DNA of 63,997 nt, the filler included, from an uncultured Methanosarcinales archaeon (GTDB lineage Archaea; Nanobdellota; Nanobdellia; Woesearchaeales; CAYSVS01): the NCBI GenBank assembly GCA_964434475.1. It is 3 parts of 3 records of this genome, joined end to end, with 100 filler letters (N's around TTAATTAATTAA, not from the genome) between each part and the next. Parts side by side here need not be neighbours in the genome. Positions count along the whole stretch, not along the records: positions 57,278 to 63,997 come from CAYSVS010000065.1; 2 more parts are not named here. One strand, 5' to 3'. The first letter of the stretch is position 1, and the number at the start of each line of letters is the position of its first letter. Below are positions 63,243 through 63,997 of the stretch, piece after piece. The notes beneath the pieces were generated by a model. That model was not told the DNA's origin and did no database searches. It saw only the letters and a list, made by a program, of their open reading frames with translations. The position numbers and the translations under genes are program-made.

Positions 63243-63997
63243 TCAATAAATCTGGAGTCCTAAGAAAGGAAGGGGGCAATTTCTAAAACGAAAAATTTAA
63301 AAACTATTTAAATAAAATATCTCTATATGGCAGATTCAGAAGAAAAAATTCAATTTATTCCATTAATTGTTGGTTTGATTGTGCTTTTCTTCATAGGATA
63401 TATTGTTAAGATTCTTCTACCACCAGAATATCAAATTTATATCTATATTTTTGCAGGATTAGTTGTTGTTGGAATTGGAATTATAATATATTTTTGTATA
63501 AAAAATATTGATTTTAGAGAAAAAACCTTTTCAGTTCTTAGAAAGTTAGCTGCTGGAATAAGCAAACTTGGACTTGATGTTTTAAAAAACATGGAAGAAG
63601 GCGATAGAAAAGGTAAAAAGAAAAGAATTCCAATCTCAAAAGAAATAAAAAATAAGGTTTATGATATTGCTGGTGGAAAATGTCAAGAGTGTGGTAAAAA
63701 AGGTAATTTAAAGATTCACCATATTGATGGAAATCCATCAAATAATAGAATTACTAATCTTATTCTTCTTTGTGGAAATCATCATGATGATGCTGACAAA
63801 GGAGTGATTCCTAAATGGAGATTAAAAAATATTAGAGATAAACAAGCTACTCCCGACCACACATCTTATCAAAAATAGAAATTGCCCCTTGATTCTTTGT
63901 CTTTATGTACCACTTCGTTCTTTTGATTGACGGACTCCAGATTTACTCTGCGGACGCAGGTTTCCAGAACTCCGCTTCGCTCGTAACTGGAAACGAA
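63236..63997. mobile_element. Cassette-like unit 2 (HNH gene within inverted repeats); right end probably beyond the window
   Basis: TAAATCTGGAGTCC (63247-63260)/GGACTCCAGATTTA (63932-63945); GGGGCAATTTCTA (63273-63285)/TAGAAATTGCCCC (63876-63888). Confidence 0.65.
63327..63878 (+). CDS. Membrane-anchored HNH endonuclease
   Basis: Two N-terminal TM helices; CQECG...IHHIDGNPSNN...NLILLCGNHH. Confidence 0.88.
   Translation: MADSEEKIQFIPLIVGLIVLFFIGYIVKILLPPEYQIYIYIFAGLVVVGIGIIIYFCIKNIDFREKTFSVLRKLAAGISKLGLDVLKNMEEGDRKGKKKRIPISKEIKNKVYDIAGGKCQECGKKGNLKIHHIDGNPSNNRITNLILLCGNHHDDADKGVIPKWRLKNIRDKQATPDHTSYQK

Noticed and set aside
893..63741. Numerous antisense and nested ORFs in the track
   Set aside because: Shadows of well-supported genes on the opposite strand
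63990..63997. GAAACGAA as the complement of unit 2's start GTTAGTTTC
   Set aside because: Equally explained by the local hairpin GTTTCCAG/CTGGAAAC and truncated by the window end; not used as evidence

Overview
Archaeal sequence, most consistent with a DPANN (Woesearchaeota-like) genome: GatDE, aEF-1alpha, archaeal uS15/uS10, CDC48, a histone-fold protein and BHB-intron tRNAs. Three contigs are joined by artificial 100-nt N linkers (28627-28726, 57178-57277), so adjacency across the gaps carries no information. Contigs 1 and 2 are mostly housekeeping and metabolic genes. They also carry a GGDEF/DHH/degenerate-HD-PP2C signalling cluster, a SpeD-deoxyhypusine synthase fusion in an operon with agmatinase, three intron-containing tRNAs (one at non-canonical position 29/30), an internally deleted pyrG pseudogene, ORB-like repeats, a candidate uS15 leader, a candidate stand-alone sRNA and several dispersed hairpin repeats. 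Contig 3 (57278-end) is the most novel part. It looks like an integron-like cassette array in which AAC...GTT hairpin sites separate cargo blocks (a six-gene block with a HEPN-motif protein, and a TM-HNH gene). The two ends of each block are long-range, segmented inverted repeats, and the intergenic DNA is rich in bottom-strand GNA mini-hairpins, suggesting recombination of folded single-stranded DNA. No recombinase is visible in the window. All calls are by eye; no searches were run.
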